Below are positions 12,719-25,580 of a stretch of 56,152 nt of DNA, piece after piece. The stretch comes from Raillietiella orientalis. Lineage: Eukaryota. The stretch's first letter is position 1. The number at the start of each line of letters is the position of its first letter. The notes below the pieces were generated by a model, which saw only the letters and a list, made by a program, of their open reading frames with translations, ran no database searches and had not been told where the DNA came from. Made by a program: the position numbers and the translations under genes. The stretch covers positions 2,294,001 to 2,350,152 of the forward strand of contig JAYWIR010000034.1 of assembly GCA_036172245.1 (NCBI GenBank), in the 5' to 3' direction.

Positions 12719-14078
12719 TTGCTGCTTGCTAGGAAACGCATCATCGTCAAGTTCGAAGCGTGCAGAGTGCCACCGTAGTTCGAGGTCACGTGAGCAAAGA
12801 TCAACGCAATCCGCGATGCACATAAATTTCACCGCTTCACCTTGGGAAGAACTTTCCAGCATCGCAGGTGGCACCGAAGGCCATCGGCACGTATGCCATA
12901 AACCCTCTCAGATTTAAATCCCATTGGTCTCTGGACTGGGGAAAAAAAGTCTCCAAATACCACTTTTTTTGCAGCGTCCCCCAATGAAGCTCAGCTTCGC
13001 AAAGGAGCTCGTGGATCCTAGCTGATGCTTCCAGCCCTCCAAATGGATTTTGAACGTGGTTTTTACTTCCACTTTACTTTTTATCGACTTCACTAGTGAA
13101 ACTCTTCTGCATGGAAAATGAGAAAGCGCGGTTCTGCCCAATGTGTGCTACTCAGAGCAAAAGGAATGAGATGCGAAATCCCTCTCCGATCTCCCTGACA
13201 AAAGTATCGTGAATGAATATATATCGTGAAAAGTATACCTGGTTTCCTAAGAGTTTCTCCATTTCAGTATGGCAGCACTAACTGCTGGTCCTTTGCTATA
13301 GGGCCTAAGACCCGGACGCGCTTTGACACCTACAATGGTGGAATTCCAAGTCTACTAAACCCAGCATGTTCTTCCTCATCCATTCTCTTCTTACAGAAAG
13401 GAGGATTGGAAGAACTGATCTCTGCGTACGATGAGCACAAGATGCTTTCCTCGAGATACGGTGTATTTTTACGATCTCTGTTGACTTCGCTCGCTTCGAT
13501 TTGAGCGCTGCTGACCTATTGCGGCCAGTTTTCATTTGCTGCAAAGCATGACCAGAGGATTTTCCAAACTGAGAATATTAGCCTGAAGTCCCGGCTTCTC
13601 TTAAACGGTGGAATGGAAGCCGATGGAATTCCAGAGCTTGGTTTTCACATCTCCCGCTGAACTTCACTTCAGAAGTTGTGTTTCTTGCTTCATCGGTTCA
13701 TCGGGCACTTTCCAATCTAAAGACAATCCAAATCAAGCATTTCCTGCGGGCTTCCACAAACTAACTCTGCATGCATCCGTGAGCCTATGCAATCCTGCAA
13801 TGCAGCGACCTTCTCATAGCTGTTGAGTGAAAATCTAACCCTTTAATTAGAATGGTGGCTGCTCCAGGAATATCGAATGCATCCCATCCATCATCCGGTA
13901 GCGAAGTGGGAACACTCTGAACTTGTTATCGTCTGTTCAATCGGCCTAGTGTGAACCATCATCCGTTCTTCAACATGCTTGGCGATACACGTAAATAGGA
14001 ATTCAGGACCAATGATGTGCTGTCATTGCACGTTCTCTCATTATTCTCCTTATGAAGAGGTCGTTCCCTCGCAAACTT

Positions 14079-14141
14079 CCTTTTGCCAAGTGCTTCCCAG
14101 GAAATGTCTTTAGCAGCGTCGTAGGCTAGGGCACGCAGGAT
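14079..14141 (-). pseudogene. Death-domain-like remnant
   Basis: ILRALAYDAAKDISWEALGKR resembles L..LA..L...W..LG..L. Confidence 0.25.
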
Positions 14142-15138
14142 GCAGGGGTTCTTCCCTCTAAGCTCCGAAATGAGCTCGCCAAAATCACAACAGGTGTTTG
14201 GGACAATTTATCTCATTCACGCTTCCTTTGCCTCGGGCTTCCGAGAAGCTCTTCCGCGACGAACATCGGATGAACGTAATGCGATCCTCCACGAACGTAA
14301 TGTCATGTACTTCATGAAAGGGAAGGCACCTTCACGCAGCATCACGCTCTTGCCCTGTGACCACTTTTCAGGAAAAGGATAAGCAAATTGGCAGTTCACT
14401 CACTGTCGAACACATGGCGGTTGTGCTTTGCGCTACTTCGAAGGATCTCAATCTGCCGCTTCTAAACAGAGGTCTTCATCCGCCATTCGTAAGGAGTCTT
14501 CTGAGAGAAGGAAGCTCAGATCCTTTGTTCTTGACGGAAGGAAGATAGAAGTCTTTCTAAGAACACGATTTCGTTATCATCGAAAAGGGAACAAAGCATC
14601 CCTGGAAGGTCATGATGAAATTCTGAATTCATCTTTCATTCTTTATTCAGTAAAGTAATAAGAAGTCCTCCTTCCTTTGAGTGCGGTGCCATAGACTAAG
14701 GTTATAGATTATAGATTTAGATTGCAACTTGAAACCAAATCCTTCTTCTAATTTGATAATTTGGTAATTTTTGCATCATAGCCGTCACTGACACAAGCTA
14801 AAGCCCACACGTTGGCGTAAATCTTAGCACGCTGTTCCCCAACGGTTTTATGAACCCATGAGCACCCTTTGCTTGAGATTTAGTCAAAGTACAGATAGCT
14901 GAGCAGCACTGGAAAGGAAATGATCCACTTTTCAAATCATTCATTTTGGCAATTCTATTCCTCCGTATTTTCCTCCATTTTGATTGGGGACATTCATTGT
15001 GACTAGGAAGCTTTCAAGTGAATGTGCGGGTTATGAAAAAAAAAAGTCTGAAATCCGTGTGCAATCTTGCTTAAGAATAATGAGATGAACGGAGCTGCAG
15101 CTTTAGATTTTCAAATGCACTTGCACATGGTGTTTCAG

Positions 15139-15257
15139 ATGTTTGCGAACAGAACAGCGCCGAAGATACGGGAAACCTTGTCGATTGTGGATCGCAGAAG
15201 CCTTGCCAGACAACAGCAACTCAGAAACATTCCCCAGAAGAGAGACCACAACCGGAT
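15139..15257 (+). other. Isolated candidate exon, unknown product
   Basis: TTTCAG acceptor and GTGAGT donor flank an open frame (VCEQNSAEDTGNLVDCGSQKPCQTTATQKHSPEERPQPD). No partner exons were found. Confidence 0.22.
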
Positions 15258-17279
15258 GTGAGTACATCCTCCTCATTCTCAGCCTGAACATCGGAAAGGA
15301 CACATCGTCTCAGTATGCGGCAGTAGATGAGATCAAAACATCAACTGATGATTAGTTTCTGCATAATTGCTGGCTTCCGATGAAAAGTCCAGGGAAACGT
15401 CAGACACTTCCATGCTTCCATCACAATCTCAACATAAGAGTGGGAGAGCACCATTGCAATTTGATGGAGGATTCAAATTTGAAACAGGAGGAACGAAGAA
15501 AGTTTCATCTCAAGGATGATTTACCGTGCCATGGGTGCCGAATACTCTCCACTCTCTCTTTCTTTGGTCTTCATAAGAGTTGCTTGCCGGCTAATTTTCC
15601 TCGCTTACTTCGAGCCTATCGTTTTATAATGCTCCGGCAGATGCATTCCTCTGGCAATTTTTCGCAGCTCCGCTTGGAAGACCTCGGTCTTGAACCAGTC
15701 ACAACGTCATTGCAAAGAAACCTGGGCTGTTCTTGTTTTGTTGCAAAATCTCGCAGAAAATTGATGATCTGGGTTTCTCTTTTTGCAGCTGATGGAGCTT
15801 CGGCTTTCTGCATCCCCCATCACTTGGCTCCGTCTCCCTCTTTTTCCCTATGAGAAAGCACGTTCTTGGCTTTAAAATCATTTAACTTTTAATCAATAGT
15901 ATTCACAAGAAAGGAATTGTAGATAGCAACCTTCTGCGAATTTCGTTTAACCTTGATCATAATTTTTCCCATCTTTGAAGCATAGTGGACGTGCATTTAG
16001 ATTGTTTAAAGCGACATTCAATCAAGAAGGAACTTTTCCATAGGAGGTTCATTCCCTCAGAGGAGAAGAGAGGATGGATTTCTTGGTAGAATTTGAATAA
16101 GATCAAGAAATTCATCCATAAAAACACCCAACCAATCAAAATCATGATCAGAATGATCCATAACCAAAATTTTGACATTGTGAGGAGGCCATGATTTTGA
16201 ATCCTTCACTTGGCGAAGATTCAAGCATGAATACAAAATGAACTTTTGCAGATTACGACTGCTCTTAGTGGATTTTTGTGTCGCAAACCCTCCGTAACTA
16301 TGGGGGTTCTCAATCTTAGAAGGATTTCCATTTTTTAGTGAAAGTGAAGACAGAAGGGGTAATTTTTGGAAAACGCTTACTCTCCTGCCAAAGAACGTAG
16401 GGATCAAATTAAACAGAGGCTCTTTCCTCCAGCTAATCTCTTAAGTTCTTTAGTCCGATGTGAGGCAGCACAAGAAGGTACTCGTTCTGTTCGTCTCTTT
16501 AATGCAGCAGCCAACAGATGTCCCATTTTTTTGAAAAGCAAAATGAAAGTCTTCCTGATCAACAAAGATTGCTTTGTTTTAGCACCGATGCAGGAAGGTT
16601 ACCAAGGGAACAGCAATCACGAGGAATTCGAAACGTACCACATACGAGAAAGCCAAGTGAAAATGAAAGACTGGAGTATTTGAGGAAGAAGAAGCGAACC
16701 GCGCCACCAGAGCAGCAAAGAGCAATTAAGTAAAAGATCCTATAGCCACTAAAATTTAATGTAAGAAAACGTGGAGAATGTTCTTCGTGAATCCACAAAA
16801 AGGGAACCTACTCAAAAGAGATCAATAGTTCCTACTTGCAGATGAAAACCTACGCCCCTATTCCATACGGGACTTGGCACAGTAACACTCTTTGTTCCAC
16901 AATGAAAACTCGAAAAACTGCAATGCTGATTGCTCCACCGAAGGATCCAACGTCAGCGAAGATTATTTCCTGTTCCCGCTGGCAGAGATTATCCCTCTGA
17001 TGGTTGAAGCTGAAATTCGACAAGCCTCTTCCTTCCTCATGAATGCAGTGATTCTGCTTGCAGAAAGGCATGCAATCAGTGGGTGAGCAAGGTTCGCTCT
17101 CTCGTTCTTCTCGTCAGTGCAATGATCTGGAAAAAGTCTTTCGAGCTGCTTCCTGGAAACGGAAGATTCATGCAGTGCCAAGGAGACTGTCGCTCGCATT
17201 CCGTTCTTAGCAACTCATATAGCAAAGTCTTCGGAGGTTTCCTTCAGCTGGTACGGGTGGGAAGAAACTCCACGTGGCA

Positions 17280-17400
17280 TCGCGTGAGACCAACAACCGT
17301 CAGAATGAAGTGGTGAGTGGACACAGTCGGCATTCTCGCGCCCGTAGGCACTCGTTCCGATGCGCAGGCTCAGGTCGCGACAGGACAGAGTGCATTCGGA
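17280..17400 (-). pseudogene. Possible SUEL/Gal-lectin domain remnant
   Basis: CTLSCRDLSLRIGTSAYGRENADC...GCWS resembles LSC....I.I.SA.YGR....C....C.S. Confidence 0.3.
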
Positions 17401-17813
17401 CGGATTCGAAATCTTTGGGTGTGAGGTTCCTTCTCCTGAGACAGCAGCCCCTCCAACTCTGCCCCCACCCCTGTTGGTCCCCAGTATTGCGAAATATCGT
17501 TCTTCATACCAAACGTACCAAATGCACATAAATATTACACCGTTTCGAAGCATTTGGGAGGCACATCCTGCTCTTTCCGTGGACACCTTTGGGATGCCTT
17601 TCGCTTCGGGTGATAACATTGACGTCAATGAGTACTGGATTCACGAACATCCTGAAAGTCTTCAGGGATTCGAAAAGAATCTTAAGTTGGTATCGAAAGA
17701 CCTGGATGACGGAAGACCAACATCCTCCGAAATCTGCTTCTGCTTTCCCGTTAATTCAAGTCGCGCACGATCACTAGAATCCTGTTTTCCGCAAGTGAAG
17801 ATTGGAAACCCAA

Positions 17814-17902
17814 GTGGGTGAACTTGCCTGTCAGGAAATCGGGAAGGACTGGGAACCGCACCTAATCATTTGGCGGTGGCGCGTTCACGAGTTTCAGTCA
17901 TT
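17814..17902 (+). pseudogene. Death-domain-like remnant (frameshifted)
   Basis: VGELACQEIGKDWE, then after a frameshift NHLAVARSRVSVI. This resembles IGKDW..LA.HLGV..S.I..I. Confidence 0.45.
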
Positions 17903-19139
17903 GCTCCGTTGCCTGGTTTGGTCCTTGAATCCTCGAGAACCTTTTCCTCACCTTCACCTGCTGTTCAAGGCAAGGCGAAAGCTTTTCCTGTCACGTGCAT
18001 TTTAGGAGGACTTGAAGCACGGAATAGCTGTTCCGAAACGGTCAATCATGAGAGAGGCCCTCGAGCAAGCCACCGTGGCACCACAACACTCACAGGCGCC
18101 GCAGTAGCAAGCGATTCATCAGTAGCGTTCAACAAAAACCGACAGGCTGGATTACTGGTCAACAGATATTTTTTGAAATCTCAGGAGCAGCTTCCACAAC
18201 GTGTGCTGTGGGAATGAGAATGAAAGAAACGCCTCTGTTTAGCTCGTGTTGTTTCAGAGTATGCAGAAATCCAGCGCTCTCAGAACGTCATTTGGCGCAA
18301 CTGTGAAGTTCTTCATTCACGAGATGATGAGGCTAAAGAGGATTTCTCCGCAAATCCATGGAGGAACCACTGTAAAAAATGCCATCACGCACAACGCGCG
18401 AAGACTGCCATGTGAAGAATCTCGCCGTTACCATGGCGCGTGGAGCAACGGAGGCTTAAACGAAGTAGACATGCAAGGCAGTTCGCCAATGTGAGAAAAT
18501 CGAAGATCTCGGTTCGTTCTTAAGAAGGGGTTCCAGACCATCTTCTCCGAATAAAAGCTACCACATCCGCAATGCATATTTATGGAAAGGATTCATTCTC
18601 AGAAGAGTTCTTAAAGTTTGAAGCGATGCCTTCATGCCGACTTAAAACGTGAACCAGAACGAACGGATTCAGTTTGCCAAAACATACTCAAAAAAAAAAA
18701 AAAAAAATTGCACCTTCTCTGCCTTTAGAATCAGAGAACTTAAGAGCAAAGTTCTCCTTGATGAAGAAGAAATTTATGGCAACGATACCACCAGGCAGGA
18801 AACAGGTAGCTGATCCTTCCAGATGCAAGTGCGATAGGAAGCTGGAGAACGGTTACTGGCGAAAGAAGCTGCAGTAAACTTGGATATGTGACGTTCCTGC
18901 AGATGAAACTTTTTTTTTCCGATACTGCCGAATGAAGCATGTCGGCGTAGCCATCTTTTGGCATATTTGCAGACTTTCGCCTTTGCAGTTACTGAAGGTA
19001 AAAAAAACGTACGGCGTGGTCACGTCTGGAGAACACTGGCTGTGCATCAGAGCCCCTTACTTTCTTTTAGTGCTTAGAGGGCAGCAACTATTACCCGACC
19101 TGCAAGCACAGAAGATGTTTACCTAACGGAATGTGCAGC

Positions 19140-19512
19140 TAGGAATTCTGATAAAGTACAGGCTGGTGCGTGTAAAGGCCAAGGTTAAGCGAGCTTGAAG
19201 TACAAGGCTCTGTAAGAAGTCCATGTTGTTCCAGTTTGGAGTGCTTGGTTGCCCCAAAGGCGTGCCGCTTCGCTGTAGGAAGCGTAGTCGTGGGGGAGAG
19301 ATGATACATGAGAAGAGGAGCCGTGTACGTATGCGTGGAGGGTATTTTTTCGGCTCTCCAGGCGGACTTACGGGCGTAATGTGGAAGCGCCACGTGTGCG
19401 TTTTCGCCGTCGTGGTTGGTTAACTGCTTATCATGAACGTGCCCGTGTGCTATACCGAAGACCGTGGTTTGAACCATTTGCATGCTGCTGTGTACGGGTC
19501 TTGGGAGTCCAA
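19140..19512 (-). mobile_element. Penelope-like element (PLE) RT relic
   Basis: Motifs occur in the expected order across frames: LDSQDPYT (cf. DV.SLYT), LLFSCII (cf. LL..CL), FLQRSGTPLGQPSTPNWNNMDF (cf. Y.Q..GTPMG.P.SP..AN.FM), HQPVLYQ (cf. P..W.RY.DD, with DD lost). Confidence 0.55.
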
Positions 19513-20488
19513 CGGCTCTGCTTTGCGGTTTTCAATCGCGGGGTTGTCGTTCGACGAAGGACCAGATGTCGGCAAATGGAACGCCAAATATGACAGAATA
19601 ACATCAAGTTTGCGGAGACGGTAGGAATGGAACACTTGCTTGAGCCTCAGGCTTGTGCTTTTTCGGAGTCTGATGATGATAATCATGATAGTTTTCCGCA
19701 CAACTACCCGCTGAAGAATTATTTGGCGCCCTGTAGTGGGTTAGAGGAACAAGCGTTAAATTACGTCATGCTTGCGAAAAGCTGTTAATTACTTTGCACG
19801 GTTTTTTCATAAGCCAGAAGAAGATGCTTTCGTCCGGTGGCAGCCCTAACCTCTTCAGAGGAAAATAGCCAAAAGGTGAAAAGTGGAAAGATTTTAATCT
19901 TAGAGAAAAGTCTGCTCTTCGCTCACTCGAAGCGAAACGAAAAACACAAAAAAACCTTTCTGTCCTCTGGAATCAAATTAGGAAAAGTTTCAAATCAAGT
20001 AGGAGACTGCAGATGAAAGACGGACACATGTGAATGTTCCAGCACATTTCGAAAGCAGCAATTTTTTCCCGGGATGTGGCAGCTTGACGGGGCGTGGTTT
20101 CTATTTGGACATTTAATGTGCTGACAGTAGCCACATATATTAATCAAGACTTCCTATATTTGGTACTGGCTTTCTCCAGCAAACAGCGCACTTTATACAT
20201 TGAGTCTTGAACGAGAGAATTCTGAACGGAAACGTTCGATCAGCTGTTCAGTCAGCTGTTCTATACCATGCATGTTTTAGGGTTCTGTTTTTTAAACTCG
20301 ACTCCAACAGAACTATCGCCATTCTGCTTTCTGCCTTTTAGCTCGGTGTCCCTCTGTTTGTGAAAAATCGTGCAGAGTTTCAGTCTCAGGATGGCTTCAT
20401 GACAAGCTTCAACCAAAATTCCAGCTCGAAATGCACCTCCCCTTTCTTGTTTTGTCCTGCACTTGCATTCAACGTGACTTTCCCTTTT

Positions 20489-20681
20489 ATTGGGTCGTAA
20501 GCATCCCCCTGTGAGTTCAAAGAGTAGGAGCTGCCATGATTCTACTACTCCCGATCGGCACACATTCCATCTGAGAAAGATTCCCCGCTGTCTCATTGTT
20601 CCCTCACGAGAAAATTGCATTCTCATCACCTCGTCTGAGGAATCTCCTCCTGATCACTTGGTATCCAGGAACGAGCAGCTG
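20489..20681 (-). mobile_element. LINE APE-type endonuclease relic
   Basis: QLLVPGYQVIRR..RRGDENAIF resembles L.IPGY...R.DR..RGGGVAIY. The downstream GCLRPN resembles .YRPP. Confidence 0.42.
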
Positions 20682-20950
20682 GCCTTGGAAACAGGGCGGG
20701 CAAGTCAGTAGATGAACAGTTCAAATAAAAGTTCCACCATGCCAACTGCCTCGCAGGGGAAAGCCTCGAAGGACCCCGAGAAAGCTCACGGCCAAAGTCC
20801 TCTGGAGGGGGAGAAGGCTTTCTGGCTCCGAGACAACCTCAGAAAAATCGCAGAAACAATTCACAGGATCACATCATGGGATTTGATGCCTAGGAGACCA
20901 GAAGCTGCTTCAGTTGAATTCTGCAACGAAAGACTTTGCAGCAAGAGGGC

Positions 20951-21076
20951 AAGTTGAAATGTGCCGTGGGAGTCATTCAACTGTGCTTTGGAAAAGACAT
21001 TCTTCCTTGTCTCGTCACTGATGGCATCATAGAAAACAAGCACAAACATCAGGTTGCTTCAAAATCAATGAATCAA
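20951..21076 (+). pseudogene. CARD-like domain remnant
   Basis: KDILPCLVTDGIIENKHKHQVASKSMNQ resembles DILP.L...GVL.......I.S..T. The nearby WLRDNLRKIAETI (about 20823) resembles CARD helix 1. Confidence 0.4.
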
Positions 21077-22319
21077 AATTTTTTCTCCACCCTTGAAAAC
21101 CCCATTTTCAATCCATCGCTGGCTTCGAAATCAAACACTTCCTCACACTACAAATCGGCATGTAGTGAAGCCAATACTGATAAAGGAATTAAACACGATA
21201 AATCCAAGGAATAAAAGGAGTCAACACGAAATGTATGACCTACATCCTTCAGATGAGAAGGGAAAAATCAAATAAGATACAGAACTTTCCTCTCAGACTG
21301 CTGTTGTGCTAGAGAGAAACTAACTTCTTTCACTGCTGCGAAGGAAGTTCATTCGATGGCGGTTACTCTTGCGTTCTGAAGGGAAGGAAATCAAGAGAAT
21401 CACACATGAGAGCCTTTCAGCATCCAGGTGGGAATTCCAGAGCAGGATTTAGGAAGCCACAGGAGGAAGGGAACTCCAAGGAAGAGGAAGAAAACATGAA
21501 ATCCCGGCAGCAATGAAGACTGCTTTGACGATGGAATGAAAACTCTCAACCGCTTAACATTCGAATAAATCCATAATCATAAAAAAACAAAAAAAAAGGA
21601 TCGTAAGGTTGAGTTGAAAATGGAATGCTTCCTCCGCGAAGGGGAAATTTTCAAAATGCAAGAGAAGCCCAATTCACGGAAAAATCACATAAAGTCCAAC
21701 ATGGAGCGAACATCGCAACATCGAAGCCGCACCAAACGTGCTTTGTGGAATGCTTCCCTATTTCAGCTGTCCTGAAACGCTAGATGAATTCAGAATGACC
21801 TTTAAAGTGCATGTGCCATTACTGTTATGCCAGAATCGTGAATGCCAGGATTGAGGGAATGTTCCAGAAACCTTCTTCAGTGCCCGTTGGCTAGGAAGCG
21901 ATCAATAAGGTCCAAAACTTTTCACTGACTGTTTAAAGTTCTGAGAGTGTTTTCAGCAGCTGGGGAACGGTGCCATCCATAACCGTGGTTTGAGCTGGAT
22001 ACGAGAGTGAGTCTTCTAAAATCAGGATATGCTAAAACTACTCGCGAGTCTACTGAGACGCTATTCACGAGGCTGTTATTCCGCAAATTTAGCTTTTGAT
22101 CGAAAATATGCTTCCCATACTCATAAGCGATTTTCTGCTATCTACGAGATTCTGCTGAGACCGTGGCTTTTCCACTTTTCTGAAGGGCAGACCACAGAGT
22201 GTGGATGGTACCGGAATTCATAACATTCACCGAATAGTCCCTGTTACACGATCGGGTGCTACAAGAAGCTGCCCACCCTACAATTCTGTTACTGTAGAGT
22301 GAGCAGATCGATTCTGTCA

Positions 22320-22492
22320 ATGCGAAGACAAATTCCGATATGTATCGGTTCTCTGTGGAATGACATTAGATCAAGCGATCAATCATGTGATGGATTTCCC
22401 TGTTTTGTTCCCAGAAGATCCAATTGGCTCGAATATTTATCCACTCCAAACCTGTTCCGAGGTTGGCTACCCCATACTGGAAGAATGGAGGA
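22320..22492 (+). pseudogene. Death-domain-like remnant (frameshifted)
   Basis: MRRQIPICIGSLWND, then LDQAINHVMDFP ... SEVGYPILEEWR, resembling E.AY.ML..WR. Confidence 0.32.
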
Positions 22493-23181
22493 TGACTGCT
22501 TCAAATCTTTTGAAACAGTTTGATTTCTTTTTTATTGCTAATTGTAGTTCAAAGTTCTTTCATGTATCTCTTGCAAGTCGACTTTCCATGGTGATACATC
22601 CTGAGGAGGTCACAAAAGGAAGAAAGCACACCGATGGTGCCATCTGCGATATTACGATCAATAGGTAAATCGTCCAAGCACAAAGAAAAAAAACATGAGC
22701 TGAAGGAGATGAAGCTTGAGGAATATCAAAATCGGAAGCTCTAGCGAAATCTCTAGCCGGAGCGTGCAACACCTGACAGCAACAGCAGCAGAAGACGGCA
22801 GGACTTCCGGAAATTTGGTCTGCCGTGAAATGCTGACCATCACTATACCAGCAACGCCTTTTTTTAAAGAAGGATTTGTTGGATCTACAAAGGAACCTAC
22901 ACTCTAGGAATCCAAAGGCACCAGAGGAGTCCGAAGTAAAGTGTACCTGCAATCGAAAATCTGATCTGCAGAACTTTCGCGAAACCTGTCTTCCGTGTTT
23001 CCAATGTCTCCCAGACCACGGGTGCTCCGTGACCACGTGACGATGCTTTGCCGATTTTGTTTTCGTTGAATACTCTCCTCCGCCTTAGTTGAAACACTTT
23101 GACGGCTTTGAACTGACTCGTGCTGATTGAGTATTCGGATACACGAGGACTGATGAAAACGAAGTGCAGCGCAGAGCTCCG

Positions 23182-23265
23182 AAAGGAAACATGGATGTGA
23201 CTTCCGCTTCCGTTCCATGAAGTGTCTTTTTCGTGCATCTCCACCAGGAGCGACTTATTTTAAGC
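23182..23265 (-). pseudogene. Glutamine synthetase type I-like fragment
   Basis: MHEKDTSWNGSGSHIHVSF matches the M.KP....NGSG.H.H.S spacing. A neighbouring frame upstream reads LK*VA, resembling VKEVA. Confidence 0.45.
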
Positions 23266-24668
23266 AGACTGTAAGTGCAAGCTGCAATGTTCGGCCGGAT
23301 GCGGTTTTCGCATCTCCCGAAAGGCTCAAGCCAAGAAAAATCATGGCAAAACTTCACTTCGAACAACAAGCTCCTGAAGGTTTCTTCTTTTTTTTTTGAT
23401 CAGCTTTATGTTTTAAGTCTATACGTGTGCATGTGTTAAAAAAACGAAAGAATTCAAAATCCGAAATAGAAAAGCAAAAATTCGAGGAGGGAATATACTG
23501 CACGTGCAATCCAAACATGCATTTCAATCTGCCAGACTTGGGGGAATTCAAAAGACTTTGGTTCACCACGGACCAGTTTGCTCAAGAAAGAGAAGCAAGA
23601 CACCTGGAGACGTCATGTTGACGGCAAGTTGCCTTTCCTAATCATTGCTGCGTTGTAGGTCGCGGTTGGGGAAGCCCCCTGAGCCACCAAGACGCGAATT
23701 TCTGTGCCACAGTTTGCTTCCATTACCCAGGTCGAGATGTTTGCTGGGGGAGCAAACATCTCCCGATGCCCGCAAGGATCTTTCGCTGTCGGATGCTGCG
23801 TTATTGAAATCTAGAAAACAAAAAGGGCTCATGGACCAGCGACTGGAACATCCTGATTGAATGATGATGGCGGGGAGCTCTCAAAGGTGTATTTAAAACA
23901 TTCTTTGACCGTGTTCGGAAAGTGACCACCCCATGCATTTGGGCATGGTGCAGTTGGCTGTTTGAAACTTGTAAGATTCAGAGAAACCCTGAAACCTCGT
24001 TGCTTCACGAAGAGTGTCTTCTGGAACATGCTGGCAACACGGTAGAAGCAGGCTGGTGCCAAATTATTGCTCCATCCGTCACTCTTTTGCAAAAACACTC
24101 GGAAAGAGCAGTTGAGAAACACATACTGTTATGTATCCCATTTCTCAGTTTGAAAGATGCACTGCAAATACAGATGCTGCGAAACTTGGGTTTTCATCAA
24201 CGCCGCGTTCATTTCTAAAAAACACGACCACCAAGGGGAAGCTGTACAGAAACAGTGTGAATGGGCATCCGTACAAAAGCTAAGCGTCTCTGCCCACCCA
24301 TGGCTCGAGCGCTCCGAGTATCAAATCGCGAAGAATCGAGCAAGAAGGAACGCAGAAATCGACCTTTGACACCGGCACACGCTCAAGATGTCTTCTGTGC
24401 CGACAGCTTCATGCCAGATCGCTGCGCGTTCCTTGCGGTTGGTATGATTGAAGCATTCCCTTTAGGGTGTGGTCGAATTTGGAAAACCACATTGAAGGCA
24501 TTGGCCACAAAGCACGTGTTTCTGTAAAAATGAGGGGGAAGAACGAATGAGGACAATAATGTTTGATAATGCAATGCCGAACGGATCTCTCTCGAGCGAA
24601 CGCACCTTGGGAAGCCAAAATGACTTCCTGGCGTTCTCCCCGATCCAAGACCAGGAGAAAAGTGTGCC

Positions 24669-24701
24669 GAGTGAGATTCCGTTCACTTCCAGCACAGTGT
24701 C
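24669..24701 (-). pseudogene. Possible PDZ domain fragment
   Basis: DTVLEVNGISL directly after a TTTTGCAG acceptor, resembling GD.ILEVNG.SL. Confidence 0.3.
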
Positions 24702-25580
24702 CTGCAAAATCCTTTCACCAATTTCGGAAAGAGGTAAGTGCGGAAATGAAGGCAGGTCAGCAGCTTTTCCTGTAACTCAACTGCACAAAAAGTTCAGAAA
24801 TAATTAGATGGCATGGAGTAATCTGAAAATAGAAGCCCCGAGTTAAATTTCATTGCTGACTTGCAGGTTTCCCGGTTTTGACAGCATGCCATCATTTATG
24901 TGTAGCACAGACGGAACACTTTCTCAGGAAACTGCCACCGGGTTCCATCAGCAATTTTATCGTTTACGGTTACTCTATCCGCGTTCCTTCTCGGCGGAAT
25001 AATATTTGCGAGGATTGATATTGAAATTCTGACGTGGGCTCACAGAAGAAACCTACTGTGAAAAATGGGAAGTACTGGGAGCGCTGGCGAGAGAAATCGG
25101 ATAAAACGGAAAGAACTGGGCACAGAATTTTGACAGCCACTCGATGAATTTCTTTAGGTGAAATGAGCCGGATGAGCTGAACAGGTGAAGTAATCATGAA
25201 AGCAGTCATTAAATATTTGGCGTTCCGTTCCTCATGCAGAAGAAAATTTGTGTTCGCGGTGAGTGCGGTGCACATATTTTTCATCATCTTATGAACACAT
25301 TGCTGTGAATTTTAGCTTCACAGGCCGGACACATTCATGATGTTCAGCCTGTGAAGCCAAGTTCAAATCAGGAAGCAGTCCTTAGAATCCCAGTAATGCA
25401 TTAGCAAACCTTCTCGTAAGCCTCGTACGAGAGCAACCTTATTTATGTGTTATTGGGAAATATTCGTTGCAACTCACAAGGATTTCCAGGCTTTCCTTCC
25501 TAGAATGAAAGTTGAAGGGCTTCTTTGATCACTGGGAAAACAAACTAAAGAATATAAATATTCCGTTTCATCCCTGTTCC

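Noticed and set aside
15957..16178. Hydrophobic ORF resembling mitochondrial ATP8 (a second NUMT?)
   Set aside because: It lacks the MPQ start and neighbouring mitochondrial genes, and it is less AT-rich than the true NUMT.
19433..19500. HUH/Helitron Rep-like motif YTEDRGLNHLHAAV on the + strand
   Set aside because: No other Rep motifs at the correct spacing, and the opposite strand carries several ordered Penelope RT motifs that explain the region better.
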